This document shows, in pieces, positions 60,834-64,000 of a DNA stretch of 64,000 nucleotides. This DNA is from Eledone cirrhosa (taxonomy: Eukaryota), in contig OZ024755.1 in assembly GCA_964016885.1 (NCBI GenBank), positions 21,886,001-21,950,000 on the forward strand, read 5' to 3'. Each line of letters begins with the position of its first letter. Positions within the stretch are counted from its first letter, which is position 1. A program made the translations under genes and the position numbers. The notes under the pieces are model-generated. The model saw nothing but the letters and a program-made list of their open reading frames with translations, was not told the DNA's origin and did not search any database.

Positions 60834-61237
60834 TTAACCCTTTAGCATTTACATTACTTTATATTTACTATTGTATTTTTGTTGTAAAGGCTTTATCTTA
60901 CATAATTATCTCATGTAATATCAAATCTATGAGATTTTGATGTTATTTATTTTGAGAACAATACCATAACCCTTTAGCATTCAAACCGGCTGTATCCAGC
61001 CAGAAATGCCTCACCTCTTTCTGTTCAAACCAGTTCAAACTGGCCACTTAAACTGATGTTACGGTATTGTTCTCAAAATAAATAATATCAAAATCTCAGA
61101 TTTAATATTATGTGAGATAATTATGTAAGATAAAGTGTTTACTACAAAAATACAATTGTATATATAGAGTAATGTGAATGCTAAAGGGTTAATGTCATTA
61201 TGGCTTGATATGGCCGGTTTAAATGCTAAAGGGTTAA
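60834..61237. mobile_element. Nested piggyBac-like MITEs in opposite orientation
   Basis: Four termini of type (T)TAA-CCCTTTAGCATT / AATGCTAAAGGG-TTAA at 60834, 60967, 61192, 61237. Confidence 0.85.
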
Positions 61238-61413
61238 ATTAAAATATATAATTAGTAAATATATATTGTACATTTTCTGCCTTGGGCCATTATATAGAAT
61301 CACTTTCATTTTTTTAAAAATTATGTTTGTTTTAACATTATAACAACTTATAAATAATATTTTTTCAAAATGTTGCTAAATATTAATTGTTTTGGTTGTA
61401 TTTCTTTGTTTAG

Positions 61414-61554
61414 ACCGTAGAAGACACAATGGTTCTTCATCATGTTGCCAGAATATTAGAATTAATTGTGCCTCTAATGGAACACCCAGGTGAATCATTC
61501 CTTGCACAGTTGGAAGAAGACATGATTAAATTAATTCTCAAACATGGCATGATG
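61414..61554 (+). CDS. NIPBL: NIPBL exon (VARILELIVPLMEHPGESFLAQLEEDMIKLILKHGMM)
   Basis: Highly conserved; phase 0 to 0. Confidence 0.96.
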
Positions 61555-62332
61555 GTAACCAGACAACTTTGATTTTCATTTATTTAGTAGTTACCTATAT
61601 TACTGGACAGCTCTCTCTGTCTCTCCCTCTCTCTCTCTCTGTCTGTCTCTCTCTCTCTCTCTCTCATGTTTACCTCAGTATATTCCAATCCCTTCTTACT
61701 CCTATTTGAAGAACACCTCCCTGGTTGAAACTCCACCACTTTGTTTGGTGTTGGTTATGTCAGGAATGTAGCCGTACTCACCATGCTTGGCCAATTGTGG
61801 GTTGGTGGGGCTATTCAACTCATAAAGGTGGAGTTCATCCACCTTTTTAACAACTCGTGTATTTTGTGCTGTTAGGGTTCCACTTATCCACTGTCCCAGG
61901 GTTTGGTGAGGGAGCCAGTTTAGTCACCGACCACTGTACCATGAGGCAGGTTGTATTGGGTTACATAGTACCAGTAACAGGTAGAAGCCCGACATAATTT
62001 CAGAATATTACTAGTATTTATTTAGACAACCTTGGAGGATTGAAAATGAAAATCATCACTAGTAGCATTTAAACTAAAAATTGTGAAATATCAAATAAAT
62101 TATATTAAATAATCTAGTATGTTTATTTTTACATTTACAGTCATCTCCACTACATTTTGATATAGATATAGATATAGATTTATGAATTGTAAACATAACA
62201 AATGTTTTCCTTTTAATATTTGATATTTCTTCTAATTTTTTCTGGCAGATTTGATTTCAAAGATTTTTGTTTTTGAGTTTTCTTTTGTTGTATGACTGGA
62301 AGTTGAAATAGTTTTATCTTTTTAAATTTTAG

Positions 62333-62426
62333 GTGCTGCAAAGTTGTGTGAGTTGTTTGGGAGCTGTTGTGAATAATGTCAGTCATAATTACAGGCTAGT
62401 CAAGGATTGTTTTCAAAAATTCTTTG
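62333..62426 (+). CDS. NIPBL: NIPBL exon (VLQSCVSCLGAVVNNVSHNY...)
   Basis: Conserved; phase 0 to 1. Confidence 0.95.
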
Positions 62427-62524
62427 GTTAGTATATTGCTTAAAATATTCAATAATATTTTGTATTGATTTCAATGTAAATAGCATTAGATTTAAAATAC
62501 TTTCTAGTATTACTATTATAATCC

Positions 62525-62715
62525 AGTGGATTGGCAGTATCGGTAGAGGGTCGGACGCCATGCTTTCAAGCATAGCTACGTCCCTTTACGATCTGAGTTC
62601 AAATCCCGCCGAGGTTGACTTTGCCTTTCATCCTTACGGGGTCGATAAAATAAAGTACCAGTAATGCACTGGGTAATTGCTGGCCTTGTGCCTAAAGTAG
62701 AAACAAGTATTACTA
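62525..62715 (+). mobile_element. Full-length young SINE
   Basis: Family consensus match; AGTATTACTATTATAATC duplicated on both sides. Confidence 0.9.
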
Positions 62716-62858
62716 TTATAATCAATTTATTTAGCTTTATCAATAATGAAAATGTATATACAGTTTCCTTTTTTTTAATGGAATTGTATTATTTTATACA
62801 GTTATGTTTTTGTATCTCTCTCATTCTCATATATCTGTTTTATATTAAACAATTTTAG

Positions 62859-63010
62859 GTGTTTTGTCTAAATTGATGGCTGATCATAAGAAAAATCCCG
62901 ATAATCCAACTCTTGTGAGCAGAAGACCTACTTTACTGCGAGCTTTATTCACAGTTGGTTTGTTATGTAGGCACTTCGACTTTGATTCCAAAGATATGGG
63001 TGAAACAAAG
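62859..63010 (+). CDS. NIPBL: NIPBL exon (PTLLRALFTVGLLCRHFDFD...)
   Basis: Highly conserved; phase 1 to 0; last exon visible. Confidence 0.96.
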
Positions 63011-63544
63011 GTAAGCTTTTCTATTGTTTTTAAACAACATTGATAGCTATATGCAGAGATTGGTTTACTATGGAATACATTGAAGAATTTCAGTAAAAAC
63101 TAGAACTCCCGAAAAAGTATCTGATATCTAAGAACTGGATAGTGAATATAACTAAGGTTTTGATGGCAGAGAAATGGTCTTGTTTACGTCCAATGTTCCA
63201 CACTTGCTCATTTGAGCAGGCTAGCTAAACCTCCATAGGTTTGAGCTGTAAATTTTATTTTTTTCATTTCACCATATAGCGTACATTTATTTTTGTTGTA
63301 TAATTCTTTTAGAATATTTTTCAGTTCATGTTATATATATAATTATAACAGAAAAAATTCCATGCTATAGTTTATGGTTTTCCAGAATAAAAATCCCTCT
63401 CCTATTTTCATGTTATAGCATTCTATACTGTAGGCCAAGGTGATTAGGTTCATAATCATCATTGCCACTACTACAGTTACTATTAGGTTGACATGGGTTG
63501 AACAGGTTTACAAAGCTACAGCATTTAACACTTTCTGACCCTCC

Positions 63545-64000
63545 GTACATCCACAGTATTAGTATATACCCCTGTAATTCCACAGCATCAGTATATACCC
63601 CTATACGTCCATTGTATTAGTATATACCCCTGTAATTCCACAGCATCAGTATATACCCCTATACGTCCATTGTATTAGTATATACCCCTGTAATTCCACA
63701 GCATCAGTATATACCCCTATACGTCCATTGTATTAGTATATACCCCTGTAATTCCACAGCATCAGTATATACTCCTATACGTCCATTGTATTAGTATATA
63801 CCCCTGTATGTCCACAGCATCAGTATATACCTCTGTACGTTCACATCATGAGTATATACCTCTGTATGTCCACATCATGAGTATATACCCCTGTACGTCC
63901 ACAGCATGAGTATATACCCCTGTACATCCATAGTATTAGTAGATACGCCTGTACATCCATAGTATTAGTATATACCCCTGTACATCCATAGTATTAGTAT
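63545..64000. repeat. 29-bp minisatellite with 58-bp dimer structure, runs off window
   Basis: Alternating TCCACAGCATCAGTATATACCCCTATACG and TCCATTGTATTAGTATATACCCCTGTAAT. Confidence 0.95.

Overview
AT-rich, microsatellite- and retroposon-dense eukaryotic genomic DNA. The repeat families suggest a coleoid cephalopod, probably Octopus; this is inference. The whole window lies inside one + strand gene, the cohesin loader NIPBL/Nipped-B/Scc2. I traced 34 GT-AG exons (4294 nt, about 1431 codons) that join in one phase-consistent open frame, from the end of the N-terminal MAU2-binding segment, through a Gln/His-rich linker with a PxVxL motif and basic NLS, into the HEAT repeats. Both gene ends lie outside the window. 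Introns hold an apparently intact RTE-clade LINE (1092-aa EN-RT ORF with a PHD-like finger inside the RT region), several truncated RTE and CR1-like relics, many tRNA-derived SINEs with TSDs, mariner-like and piggyBac-like MITEs, foldbacks, and mini/microsatellites. Most notable: two complementary-decayed minimal hammerhead ribozyme copies, a candidate HDV-like ribozyme relic, inverted LINEs bracketing five phase-0 exons, and tandem duplications of two splice donors. All homology calls are from recall of family sequences, not from database searches.
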